Of a DNA stretch of 64,000 nucleotides, positions 11,238-24,494 are shown one piece after another (position 1 is the stretch's first letter; the number at the start of each line of letters is the position of its first letter). Where the stretch lies: NCBI RefSeq assembly GCF_902459465.1, contig NC_047078.1, positions 6,944,001 to 7,008,000 of the forward strand, in the 5' to 3' direction. The notes below the pieces were generated by a model that was given only the letters and a program-made list of their open reading frames with translations, made no database searches and had not been told where the DNA came from. The position numbers and the translations under genes were made by a program. This stretch comes from Asterias rubens. Lineage: Eukaryota.

Positions 11238-13995
11238 CTCAAAATGGCCGAGATCCCTAAGATTTCTGAGAGTCCAGTGAGGACAACCGGAACAAAGGAA
11301 GTACAACAAACCAAAGACAAAGGTTAGTGGTGATGATTGGTGATTGGAAACTTATAAACAAGGAGAGACCAGATACTGTGGAAATGCAATACATGCCAAA
11401 ACTGGCAATACAAAACGTATAAATATTATGCAAGTTGTTAACAATTACTTATAAAAAGAATATTACAATCCTACATGCTTCTCATTTCTTTTAGCCGGAT
11501 TTGAAACAAAAGTAATAACATATTTTGCTTTACTTGGGGACTTGGTGAAAGTAAATAAATCTGGACAGACATCGATTGCAACTTATAGTTCAGTCATACT
11601 GCAGCTGGACCTGGAAAAAATTGCAACAGAATTGATTTCAACTGCTATGGGTTCTATAAACACCCAAGTTGAACATATCAAAAGTCCTCCAAAATCCAAG
11701 TGTCAGAAAGCCTTCAAATTCGCAAAAAAACATGATTTTGGAGGACTTTTGATATGTTAAAACTTGGGTGTCTATAGAACCCAAAACAGTTGAAATCGAT
11801 TCTGTTGCAATTTTGTCCAAGTCAAGCCAGTATTTCTGATAGATTGACTGGACAATTAGGCCTATATCATTCTTTGAAAGACTAAAGCTGGTTCACATTT
11901 TGAAAACAAACATGTTGCAGAAATAGTTGAAATCGATTGAATTTTACTAGCAAGGCACAACTTCATCAGATAAAGCTTAACATGGCTAAAGCATAATACA
12001 TGTATTATGTATTTTTTTCTTTTTAGTTATTCACGTGTCTTTGTTTTTATGTTCATATATTCAAAGTCTCTTTTCTTTGTACATGTATGTTAAAAAGGGA
12101 AACCGACGACAGATTCACATCATAAGAAGGCCATTGTGAAGCCTGGAAAATCTACACACAAGGTTTGAATTATCACCTGATAAATATATATAAAAAGTCT
12201 ATTTAAATGATATGAGCAGTCTGTTTTCCACTGTATAGCATGTAGTGGGTGTATTCGTGCACCGTAAGGATACATGTAGTGCAGTTTTGAATCTGTTGGA
12301 ATGCACATCACCAAAGATCCTGATATAAACTATCTAACATATTTTACTTTTTGCTTTAAAATATTACTCCACAGTCAACAATATTTATTTTTCACAACAC
12401 TTATTTTCAACTGATCTCATTTTTATTTGGTTTGGTTTGAAAGCAAAAAACACTAATATTATGTGTTACATGTAATGTATTAAAACATTCGGTTTTATGC
12501 AGGTTATGATTGATCAATGGTTATCTCATTAGACTCATTAGTCAAAAGTTATTATTCAAAATAATATTTATTTGTCATTGAAGGGAAGTTAAATCTTACA
12601 CTTCTGGTTTCTTTATTTAGATTTGGTTTGATTTAAAACACAAATGGATTATTACCCTTTTTTGCTAATATTAAGTTGTTATACTCTAAGTATTGTTAAA
12701 ACTTTGATGTTTACTCAGGTTGCATTTTATTATTCGTTATCTCAGTTTTTTAAAACAAAATAAAGACCACAGACGTAGAAATCCTTTTACTGTATTCTCG
12801 CCTCGATTTGTTTTACCCAGGGTCCTCTGAAGAAGTATGGATCTTCAAAGTCATCTTCATTTTCACGTAGTTTCAGTGTAGAACATCGTGGTAAGTAAAC
12901 AATAATAATATTATTAATAATAATCTATTGATTTTATATTGCGCTCTCTCCTGGATACATTTATGTTGTTTTTGTTTGTTACTGCCAACAACATAAGGCA
13001 ACTTCTATGAAATATGGACCGTTTTACAACCTCAAATGTCATCTTTCAAAAAACTATTTTGACCTTTTAAGATATGTTCAATTATTGTATACATATTTAG
13101 GTTTAGTGAAATGTTCATGTAAGGATAGTTCAGTTAGTTTTCATCTTGCAGTGGTCATGTTAAACAAGTAGAGTCTCGAGCACTTGAAACCTGTGGTTAT
13201 ATTATTTCACAAATAGCACAAGTAAAGCAAAATGAACAGTCATTATTTTCTATGGTGAGGCCCAACTGATATACTTTCAAAAAAATTAAACAAAACACCA
13301 AACACAGGAAATATAAGCCTGACAGAAGAGAGCAAAAAAGTTTCAGAAAAACAAAGCAAATATTCTCTGTCAATAATTTATATTTGTTATTTCCCTCTCG
13401 TACCTAAAATCTATCAAAAAATAAACACTTTGTCAAGCTTCCATACTATTTATTTCCCTGTCATAAACACCCAGTTTCGAACGTAATTTTTTAGGGAATT
13501 TAATTGATGTTCGCGAAACAATTACGGAATTTGCATGACGCCCGAGAAAATTGATGGAGTAAGTTGCAAAATGATGCTCGGAACTTTATTACCTTTGCGC
13601 AATCCACATCAGAGCAGAAATTGATTTAGTTTCCAAAAACTAGCTCGTAAACTTTCGACAAGAAATGGCTACAAGTGTAAACCAAAGAGCAACTGAAAGT
13701 CAACTGGATCAACAGACATCAAGAGACTTGTCAGAATTACATGTTCTTTCGAGTAAGATTAAATCTGTAGATGAAGCTCAAACGAAAACAGACACCAAAG
13801 TATCAGAGAAACAATATCATTACAAAATGAAAGAGGCTCATTTTAAACTAGAGTTAACACTCAGAAGTGTGTTTATTTTGTCATTGTTCTTGCTATCACT
13901 TATACACAGGTGTACTCAATTAATTTGTGCATACTTTTTTTTAATACACAGAAGTAGAACCACTGAGTGCAAGAGAAGTGCAGGAAAAAGAAAAG
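11238..13995 (+). CDS. Tandem unit 1 exon cassette: I 11238-11322, J 11495-11511, H 12821-12890, D 13952-13995
   Basis: LKMAEIPKISESPVRTTGTKEVQQTKDK / AGFETK / GPLKKYGSSKSSSFSRSFSVEHR / EVEPLSAREVQEKEK; 216 nt = 72 codons; strong splice sites at I (long T tract, AG|gttagt) and H (gtaagt). Confidence 0.55.
11608..11823. repeat. Foldback inverted repeat (~90-bp arms, ~36-nt loop), one per tandem unit (also ~16837-17052, 20847-21062, 24865-25081)
   Basis: gacctggaaaaaattgcaacagaa...aaaagtcctccaaaatc pairs with gattttggaggacttttg...ttctgttgcaattttgtccaagtc; probably a MITE. Confidence 0.85.
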
Positions 13996-14911
13996 GTTTG
14001 CTAATAAATAGTTTGCCATTGCGTACAAAAGATGCCTAGTCCACAATTAAATACAATAATGTGATAATGGAATCCGATCCAGAGGATGTTGAACTTAAGG
14101 ACGACACTTTCAAAAGGAAATGTTGCACAACAAAATCCATTACAACTGTCACTGGTTGGTTTTTACTTATCACTTTTAAGTTTAAGTTTCTGCCTTACAA
14201 ACATTATCAAGCAAGATCTGACTTATCATGTCCCCACCTCTGTGCATAAACCTCTTTGATGCGGTATACCTACTAGGGGTTAAGATTGTTACCCTTCAGT
14301 TTCATGGCAATGATCTTTGAAAGTAAAACTGTCTGATCAAATGCACAAATTTAAAATGTCAAATTTATATGTTACTCAAATATTCAACTTGTAACAAATT
14401 ATCTTGTGTATTTGCATACAAATTTAACTAAATCCTGGCAAATTAATACATGATTAGCGAAATAACTTGAAAGGGAAACCGACGACAGATTCACATCATA
14501 AGATGGACTTTGTGCAGCCTGGAAAATCTACACACAAGGTTTGAACTATCACCTGATAAATATATATAAAAAGTCTATTTAAATTATATGAGCAGTCTGT
14601 TTTCCACTGTATAGCATGTAGTGGGTGTATTCGCGCACCGTAAGGATACATGTAGTGCAGTTTTGAATCTGTTGGAATGCACATCACCAAAGATCCTGAT
14701 ATAAACTATTTAACATATTTTACTTTTTGCTTTAAAATATTACTCCACAGTCAACAATAATTATTTTTCATAACACTTATTTTCACTAAGGTCAATTGAT
14801 TTCATTTTTATTTGGTTTGGTTTGAAAGCAAAAAACACTATCACAGTTTGTTGCTAATATTATGTGTTAAATAAAAACGTACTCGGTAACAAGCAACGGA
14901 TAGCTGTTGAT

Positions 14912-16127
14912 TATTACCACATACGACACAGAAACACTTTGGTTTGATCAACAGAGTGGCCTGAGCAGCCTTTTATTTGTTTATGCTGCAATGAGCTAAG
15001 CCATAACAAAATGCTTGTATTTTATCAAACTTAACCAGATCTCCGGCAGTTGCCTGCCATCCGCAAGATCTTCTAAAATGTGTTTAATGCAAACCAATAA
15101 GCTGAACTGATTCCCGGTAGTTGCATCACCCGCGAAATCAAAAGTAACAAATAAAGCAATTAAAGCCAAACTGATTTCCGGCAGTTGCATAAATCCGCGA
15201 AATCAAAAGTAATAAACAAAGCAATTAAAGCCAAACTGATTTCCGCGAAATCAATAACAGTAAATCAACCAATAGCAAAACTGACCTCCGGCCGTAGCTA
15301 AATCCGCGAGGTCGCCAAAACTACTACTGCATACAGGTTTCCGGACGAGGCTGTACGACCGCGAAACCAAAAGCGTTAAAATAAAAGGTTTGCAAAGGAA
15401 CTTGAAATTAAAGCAAATATAGCACAGTTAAATAAACAGCACATATTCCCCGGTTGTTGGCAAATTAAGACAAAGCGACTAAAATATGTTTCATCCCGTC
15501 AACGCAGAATACCATAGTTATAATAATCATAATACATTTAACAAAGACCCCAAAGTAGCAAATTATAACAGCTGAATGAATATACCTGAGGACTATTGAG
15601 GTGTAAACAATGAAATACCGCCTGCGGGACCAACCTGAGAAGAGCGAAAAACTTCAAAAAACCCAAAGGGAAAAAGAAGGAAATTCTCTTACTGGCTCCT
15701 GAGATTTATGGCAGCCGAGTGTAAAAACTCCAGGATGTTCCTCATAAAATCAAATAAGCAACTTACAACGAAACGATAGCAATTTAGCCATTACTAAAAT
15801 TTTAGCTCAAAACGAATTTTAGAAACCGATACCAATTTTTTTAAGAAGGCGGTAGAATGGGGATGGCGGTGGGAATTCGAAAATTGATGACTGAAAAATT
15901 GTCAACTCAACTCAAAGGCTGCTCAGACAAAAGTGATCAAGCCAGCACAGACCGGCTATCAAGGAATGCAAGGCGCCGTCCAAGGGGGTCAATTGGCCGA
16001 AAGGCGAGGCAATAAACCAAATGCCCGGTCCAGACTGGTGACAGATTGAGCACACAGGTCCCGCGACAAGCCCGCCTGACTGTCTAGCGGTAATAAAATA
16101 TTTGAAGCACAAAGTTTTGGCCTCAAA
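14912..16127. mobile_element. Unclassified 1216-bp insertion inside a MITE of tandem unit 2
   Basis: Absent from the other three units; flanked by TTGAT at 14907-14911 and 16128-16132; more GC-rich; no convincing ORF. Confidence 0.88.
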
Positions 16128-16466
16128 TTGATAGTATAAAACATTGTGAGAAACGGCTCCCTCTGAAGTGACATAGTTTTCGAGAAAAAAAAGTAATATT
16201 CCACGAATTTGATTTTTAGACCTCAGATTAAGAATTTGAGGTCTCGAAATCAACCATCTAAACGCACACAACTTCGTGTGACAAGGCTGATTTTTTCTTT
16301 CATTATTATCTCGCAACTTCGACGATCAATTGAGCTCAAATGTTCACAGGTTTGTTATTTTATGCATATGTTGAGATACACCAAGGGAGAAGACTGGTCT
16401 TTGACAATTACCAATAGTGTCCACTGTGTTTAAACCAACATTTTGTTTTATGTTTTGTTTTACCAG

Positions 16467-19226
16467 CTCAAAATGGCCGAGATCCCTAAGATTTCTGAGA
16501 GTCCAGTGAGGACAACCGGAACAAAGGAAGTACAACAAACCAAAGACAAAGGTTAGTGGTGATGATTGGTGATTGGAAACTTATAAACAAGGAGAGACCA
16601 GATACTGTGGAAATGCAATACATGCCAAAACTGGCAATACAAAACGTATAAATATTATGCAAGTTGTTAACAATTACTTATTAAAAGAATATTACAATCC
16701 TACATGCTTCTCATTTCTTTTAGCCGGATTTGAAACAAAAGTAATAACATATTTTGCTTTACTTGGGGACTTGGTGAAAGTAAATAAATCTGGACAGACA
16801 TCGATTGCAACTTATAGTTCAGTCATACTGCAGCTGGACCTGGAAAAAATTGCAACAGAATTGATTTCAACTGCTATGGGTTCTATAAACACCCAAGTTG
16901 AACATATCAAAAGTCCTCCAAAATCCAAGTGTCAGAAAGCCTTCAAATTCGCAAAAAAACATGATTTTGGAGGACTTTTGATATGTTAAAACTTGGGTGT
17001 CTATAGAACCCAAAACAGTTGAAATCGATTCTGTTGCAATTTTGTCCAAGTCAAGCCAGTATTTCTGATAGATTGACTGGACAATTAGGCCTATATCATT
17101 CTTTGAAAGACTAAAGCTGGTTCACATTTTGAAAACAAACATGTTGCAGAAATAGTTGAAATCGATTGAATTTTACTAGCAAGGCACAACTTCATCAGAT
17201 AAAGCTTAACATGGCTAAAGCATAATACATGTATTATGTATTTTTTTCTTTTTAGTTATTCACGTGTCTTTGTTTTTATGTTCATATATTCAAAGTCTCT
17301 TTTCTTTGTACATGTATGTTAAAAAGGGAAACCGACGACAGATTCACATCATAAGAAGGCCATTGTGAAGCCTGGAAAATCTACACACAAGGTTTGAATT
17401 ATCACCTGATAAATATATATAAAAAGTCTATTTAAATGATATGAGCAGTCTGTTTTCCACTGTATAGCATGTAGTGGGTGTATTCGTGCACCGTAAGGAT
17501 ACATGTAGTGCAGTTTTGAATCTGTTGGAATGCACATCACCAAAGATCCTGATATAAACTATCTAACATATTTTACTTTTTGCTTTAAAATATTACTCCA
17601 CAGTCAACAATATTTATTTTTCACAACACTTATTTTCAACTGATCTCATTTTTATTTGGTTTGGTTTGAAAGCAAAAAACACTAATATTATGTGTTACAT
17701 GTAATGTATTAAAACATTCGGTTTTATGCAGGTTATGATTGATCAATGGTTATCTCATTAGACTCATTAGTCAAAAGTTATTATTCAAAATAATATTTAT
17801 TTGTCATTGAAGGGAAGTTAAATCTTACACTTCTGGTTTCTTTATTTAGATTTGGTTTGATTTAAAACACAAATGGATTATTACCCTTTTTTGCTAATAT
17901 TAAGTTGTTATACTCTAAGTATTGTTAAAACTTTGATGTTTACTCAGGTTGCATTTTATTATTCGTTATCTCAGTTTTTTAAAACAAAATAAAGACCACA
18001 GACGTAGAAATCCTTTTACTGTATTCTCGCCTCGATTTGTTTTACCCAGGGTCCTCTGAAGAAGTATGGATCTTCAAAGTCATCTTCATTTTCACGTAGT
18101 TTCAGTGTAGAACATCGTGGTAAGTAAACAATAATAATATTATTAATAATAATCTATTTATTTTATATTGCGCTCTCTCCTGGATACATTTATGTTGTTT
18201 TTGTTTGTTACTGCCAACAACATAAGGCAACTTCTATGAAATATGGACCGTTTTACAACCTCAAATGTCATCTTTCAAAAAAATATTTTGACCTTTTAAG
18301 ATATGTTCAATTATTGTATACATATTTAGGTTTAGTGAAATGTTCATGTAAGGATAGTTCAGTTAGTTTTCATCTTGCAGTGGTCATGTTAAACAAGTAG
18401 AGTCTCGAGCACTTGAAACCTGTGGTTATATTATTTCACAAATAGCACAAGTATAAAGCAAAATGAACAGTCATTATTTTCTATGGTGAGGCCCAACTGA
18501 TATACTTTCAAAAAAATTAAACAAAACACCAAACACAGGAAATATAAGCCTGACAGAAGAGAGCAAAAAAGTTTCAGAAAAACAAAGCAAATATTCTCTG
18601 TCAATAATTTATATTTGTTATTTCCCTCTCGTACCTAAAATCTATCAAAAAATAAACACTTTGTCAAGCTTCCATACTATTTATTTCCCTGTCATAAACA
18701 CCCAGTTTCGAACGTAATTTTTTAGGGAATTTAATTGATGTTCGCGAAACAATTACGGAATTTGCATGACGCCCGAGAAAATTGATGGAGTAAGTTGCAA
18801 AATGATGCTCGGAACTTTATTACCTTTGCGCAATCCACATCAGAGCAGAAATTGATTTAGTTTCCAAAAACTAGCTCGTAAACTTTCGACAAGAAATGGC
18901 TACAAGTGTAAACCAAAGAGCAACTGAAAGTCAACTGGATCAACAGACATCAAGAGACTTGTCAGAATTACATGTTCTTTCGAGTAAGATTAAATCTGTA
19001 GATGAAGCTCAAACGAAAACAGACACCAAAGTATCAGAGAAACAATATCATTACAAAATGAAAGAGGCTCATTTTAAACTAGAGTTAACACTCAGAAGTG
19101 TGTTTATTTTGTCATTGTTGTTGCTATCACTTATACACAGGTGTACTCAATTAATTTGTGCATACTTTTTTTTAATACACAGAAGTAGAACCACTGAGTG
19201 CAAGAGAAGTGCAGGAAAAAGAAAAG
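16467..19226 (+). CDS. Tandem unit 2 exon cassette: I 16467-16551, J 16724-16740, H 18050-18119, D 19183-19226
   Basis: Same exons as unit 1. Confidence 0.55.
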
Positions 19227-20476
19227 GTTTGCTAATAAATAGTTTGCCATTGCGTACAAAAGATGCCTAGTCCACAATTAAATACAATAATGTGATAATG
19301 GAATCCGATCCAGAGGATGTTGAACTTAAGGACGACACTTTCAAAAGGAAATGTTGCACAACAAAATCCATTACAACTGTCACTGGTTGGTTTTTACTTA
19401 TCACTTTTAAGTTTAAGTTTCTGCCTTACAAACATTATCAAGCAAGATCTGACTTATCATGTCCCCACCTCTGTGCATAAACCTCTTTGATGCGGTATAC
19501 CTACTAGGGGTTAAGATTGTTACCCTTCAGTTTCATGGCAATGATCTTTGAAAGTAAAACTGTCTGATCAAATGCACAAATTTAAAATGTCAAATTTATA
19601 TGTTACTCAAATATTCAACTTGTAACAAATTATCTTGTGTATTTGCATACAAATTTAACTAAATCCTGGCAAATTAATACATGATTAGCGAAATAACTTG
19701 AAAGGGAAACCGACGACAGATTCACATCATAAGATGGACTTTGTGCAGCCTGGAAAATCTACACACAAGGTTTGAACTATCACCTGATAAATATATATAA
19801 AAAGTCTATTTAAATTATATGAGCAGTCTGTTTTCCACTGTATAGCATGTAGTGGGTGTATTCGCGCACCGTAAGGATACATGTAGTGCAGTTTTGAATC
19901 TGTTGGAATGCACATCACCAAAGATCCTGATATAAACTATTTAACATATTTTACTTTTTGCTTTAAAATATTACTCCACAGTCAACAATAATTATTTTTC
20001 ATAACACTTATTTTCACTAAGGTCAACTGATTTCATTTTTATTTGGTTTGGTTTGAAAGCAAAAAACACTATCACAGTTTGTTGCTAATATTATGTGTTA
20101 AATAAAAACGTACTCGGTAACAAGCAACGGATAGCTGTTGATAGTATAAAACATTGTGAGAAACGGCTCCCTCTGAAGTGACATAGTTTTCGAGAAAAAA
20201 AAGTAATATTCCACGAATTTGATTTTTAGACCTCAGATTAAGAATTTGAGGTCTCGAAATCAACCATCTAAACGCACACAACTTCGTGTGACAAGGCTGA
20301 TTTTTTCTTTCATTATTATCTCGCAACTTCGACGATCAATTGAGCTCAAATGTTCACAGGTTTGTTATTTTATGCATATGTTGAGATACACCAAGGGAGA
20401 AGACTGGTCTTTGACAATTACCAATAGTGTCCACTGTGTTTAAACCAACATTTTGTTTTATGTTTTGTTTTACCAG

Positions 20477-23244
20477 CTCAAAATGGCCGAGATCCCTAAG
20501 ATTTCTGAGAGTCCAGTGAGGACAACCGGAACAAAGGAAGTACAACAAACCAAAGACAAAGGTTAGTGGTGATGATTGGTGATTGGAAACTTATAAACAA
20601 GGAGAGACCAGATACTGTGGAAATGCAATACATGCCAAAACTGGCAATACAAAACGTATAAATATTATGCAAGTTGTTAACAATTACTTATTAAAAGAAT
20701 ATTACAATCCTACATGCTTCTCATTTCTTTTAGCCGGATTTGAAACAAAAGTAATAACATATTTTGCTTTACTTGGGGACTTGGTGAAAGTAAATAAATC
20801 TGGACAGACATCGATTGCAACTTATAGTTCAGTCATACTGCAGCTGGACCTGGAAAAAATTGCAACAGAATTGATTTCAACTGCTATGGGTTCTATAAAC
20901 ACCCAAGTTGAACATATCAAAAGTCCTCCAAAATCCAAGTGTCAGAAAGCCTTCAAATTCGCAAAAAAACATGATTTTGGAGGACTTTTGATATGTTAAA
21001 ACTTGGGTGTCTATAGAACCCAAAACAGTTGAAATCGATTCTGTTGCAATTTTGTCCAAGTCAAGCCAGTATTTCTGATAGATTGACTGGACAATTAGGC
21101 CTATATCATTCTTTGAAAGACTAAAGCTGGTTCACATTTTGAAAACAAACATGTTGCAGAAATAGTTGAAATCGATTGAATTTTACTAGCAAGGCACAAC
21201 TTCATCAGATAAAGCTTAACATGGCTAAAGCATAATACATGTATTATGTATTTTTTTCTTTTTAGTTATTCACGTGTCTTTGTTTTTATGTTCATATATT
21301 CAAAGTCTCTTTTCTTTGTACATGTATGTTAAAAAGGGAAACCGACGACAGATTCACATCATAAGAAGGCCATTGTGAAGCCTGGAAAATCTACACACAA
21401 GGTTTGAATTATCACCTGATAAATATATATAAAAAGTCTATTTAAATGATATGAGCAGTCTGTTTTCCACTGTATAGCATGTAGTGGGTGTATTCGTGCA
21501 CCGTAAGGATACATGTAGTGCAGTTTTGAATCTGTTGGAATGCACATCACCAAAGATCCTGATATAAACTATCTAACATATTTTACTTTTTGCTTTAAAA
21601 TATTACTCCACAGTCAACAATATTTATTTTTCACAACACTTATTTTCAACTGATCTCATTTTTATTTGGTTTGGTTTGAAAGCAAAAAACACTAATATTA
21701 TGTGTTACATGTAATGTATTAAAACATTCGGTTTTATGCAGGTTATGATTGATCAATGGTTATCTCATTAGACTCCATAGTCAAAGGTTATTATTCAAAA
21801 TAATATTTATTATTCATTGAAGGGAAATGAAATCTTACACTACTGGTTTCTTTATTTAGATTTGGTTTGATTTAAAACACAAATGGATTATTACCCTTTT
21901 TTGCTAATAATAAGTTGTTATACTCTAAGTATTTTTAACAATTTTGATGTTTATTCAGGTTGCATTTTATTGTTCGTTATCTCAGTTTTTTAGAACAAAA
22001 TAAAGACCACAGACGTAGAAAACCTTTTACTGTATTCTCCCCTCGATTTGTTTTACCCAGGGTCCTTCGATGGGTCACACTATTCATTTTCCTCCATCTT
22101 TTTATGGATCATCTTCACCTCCACGTAGTTTCAGTGTAGAACATCGTGGTAAGTAAATAATAATAATAATAATTTATTTATTTTATATTGCGCTCTCTCC
22201 TGGATACATGTTGGTAGTTTTTGTTTGTTACTGCCAACAACATAAGGCACCTTCTTTGAAATATGGAACGTTTTACAACCTCAAATGTCATCTTTCAAAA
22301 AACTATTTTGACCTTTTAAGATATGTTAAATTATTTTATACATATTTAGGTTTAGTAAAATGTTCATGTAAGGATAGTTTAGTTAGTTTTCATCTTGCAG
22401 TGGTCATGTTAAACAAGTAGAGTCTCGAGCACTTGAAACATGTGGTTATATTAGTTCACAAATAGCACAAGTAAAGCAAAAGGAACATTCATTATTTTCT
22501 ATGGTGAGGCCCAACTGATATACTTTCAAAAAAATTAAACAAAACACCAAACACAGAAAATATAAGCCTGACAGAAGAGAGCAAAAAAGTTTCAGAAAAA
22601 CAAAGCAAATATTCTCTGTCAATAATTTATATTTGTTATTTCCCTCTCGTACCTAAAATCTATCAAAAAATAAACACTTTGTCAAGCTTCCATAATATTT
22701 ATTTCCCTGTCATAAATACCCAGTTTCGAACGTCATTTTTTAGGGAATTTAATTGATGTTCGCGAAACAATTACGGAATTTGCATGACACCCGAGAAAAT
22801 TGATGGAGTAAGTTGCAAAATGATGCTCGGAACTTTATTACCTTTGCGCAATCCACATCAGAGCAGAAATTGATTTAGTTTCCAAAAACTAGCTCGTAAA
22901 CTTTCGACAAGAAATGGCTACAAGTGTAAACCAAAGAGCAACTGAAAGTCAACTGGATCAACAGACATCAAGAGACTTGTCAGAATTACATGTTCTTTCG
23001 AGTAAGATTAAATCTGTAGATGAAGCTCAAACGAAAACAGACACCAAAGTATCAGAGAAACAATATCATTACAAAATGAAAGAGGCTCATTTTAAACTAG
23101 AGTTAACACTCAGAAGTGTGTTTATTTTGTCATTGTTGTTGCTATCACTTATACACAGGTGTACTCAATTAATTTGTGCATACTTTTTTTTAATACACAG
23201 AAGTAGAACCACTGAGTGCAAGAGAAGTGCAGGAAAAAGAAAAG
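20477..23244 (+). CDS. Tandem unit 3 exon cassette: I 20477-20561, J 20734-20750, H 22061-22148, D 23201-23244
   Basis: Variant H = GPSMGHTIHFPPSFYGSSSPPRSFSVEHR (88 nt, frame preserved). Confidence 0.55.
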
Positions 23245-24494
23245 GTTTGCTAATAAATAGTTTGCTATTGCGTACAAAAGATGCCTTATCCACAATTAAA
23301 TACAATAATGTGATAATGGAATCCGATCCAGAGGATGTTGAACTTAAGGACGACACTTTCAAAACAAAATGTTGCACAACAAAATCCATTACAACTGTCA
23401 CTGGTTGGTTTTTACTTATCACTTTTAAGTTTAAGTTTCTGCCTTACAAACATTATCAAGCAAGATCTGACTTATCATGTCCCCACCTCTGTGCATAAAC
23501 CTCTTTGATGCGGTATACCTACTAGGGGTTAAGATTGTTACCCTTCAGTTTCATGGCAATGATCTTTGAAAGTAAAACTGTCTGATCAAATGCACAAATT
23601 TAAAATGTCAAATTTATATGTTACTCAAATATTCAACTTGTAACAAATTATCTTGTGTATTTGCATACAAATTTAACTAAATCCTGGCAAATTAATACAT
23701 GATTAGCGAAATAACTTGAAAGGGAAACCGACGACAGATTCACATCATAAGATGGACTTTGTGCAGCCTGGAAAATCTACACACAAGGTTTGAACTATCA
23801 CCTGATAAATATATATAAAAAGTCTATTTAAATGATATGAGCAGTCTGTTTTCCACTGTATAGCATGTAGTGGGTGTATTCGCGCACCGTAAGGATACAT
23901 GTAGTGCAGTTTTGAATCTGTTGGAATGCACATCACCAAAGATCCTGATATAAACTATTTAACATATTTTACTTTTTGCTTTAAAATATTACTCCACAGT
24001 CAACAATAATTATTTTTCATAACACTTATTTTCACTAAGGTCAACTGATTTCATTTTTATTTGGTTTGGTTTGAAAGCAAAAAACATTATCACAGTTTGT
24101 TGCTAATATTATGTGTTAAATAAAAACGTACTCGGTAACAAGCAACGGATAGCTGTTGATAGTATAAAACATTGTGAGAAACGGCTCCCTCTGAAGTGAC
24201 ATAGTTTTCGAGAAAAAAAAGTAATATTCCACGAATTTGATTTTTAGACCTCAGATTAAGAATTTGAGGTCTCGAAATCAACCATCTAAACGCACACAAC
24301 TTCGTGTGACAAGGCTGATTTTTTCTTTCATTATTATCTCGCAACTTCGACGATCAATTGAGCTCAAATGTTCACAGGTTTGTTATTTTATGCATATGTT
24401 GAGATACACCAAGGGAGAAGACTGGTCTTTGACAATTACCAATAGTGTCCACTGTGTTTAAACCAACATTTTGTTTTATGTTTTGTTTTACCAG

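Noticed and set aside
10833-11309. ORFs MRDNNERK, MIFRPQIK, MLYFLCSG and relatives
   Set aside because: Translations of the high-copy non-coding MITE.
16573-16989. 138-aa ORF METYKQGE...FGGLLIC
   Set aside because: Runs through intron and a foldback element; broken by a stop in unit 1 and a frameshift in unit 4. Only the 17-bp exon J within it is supported.
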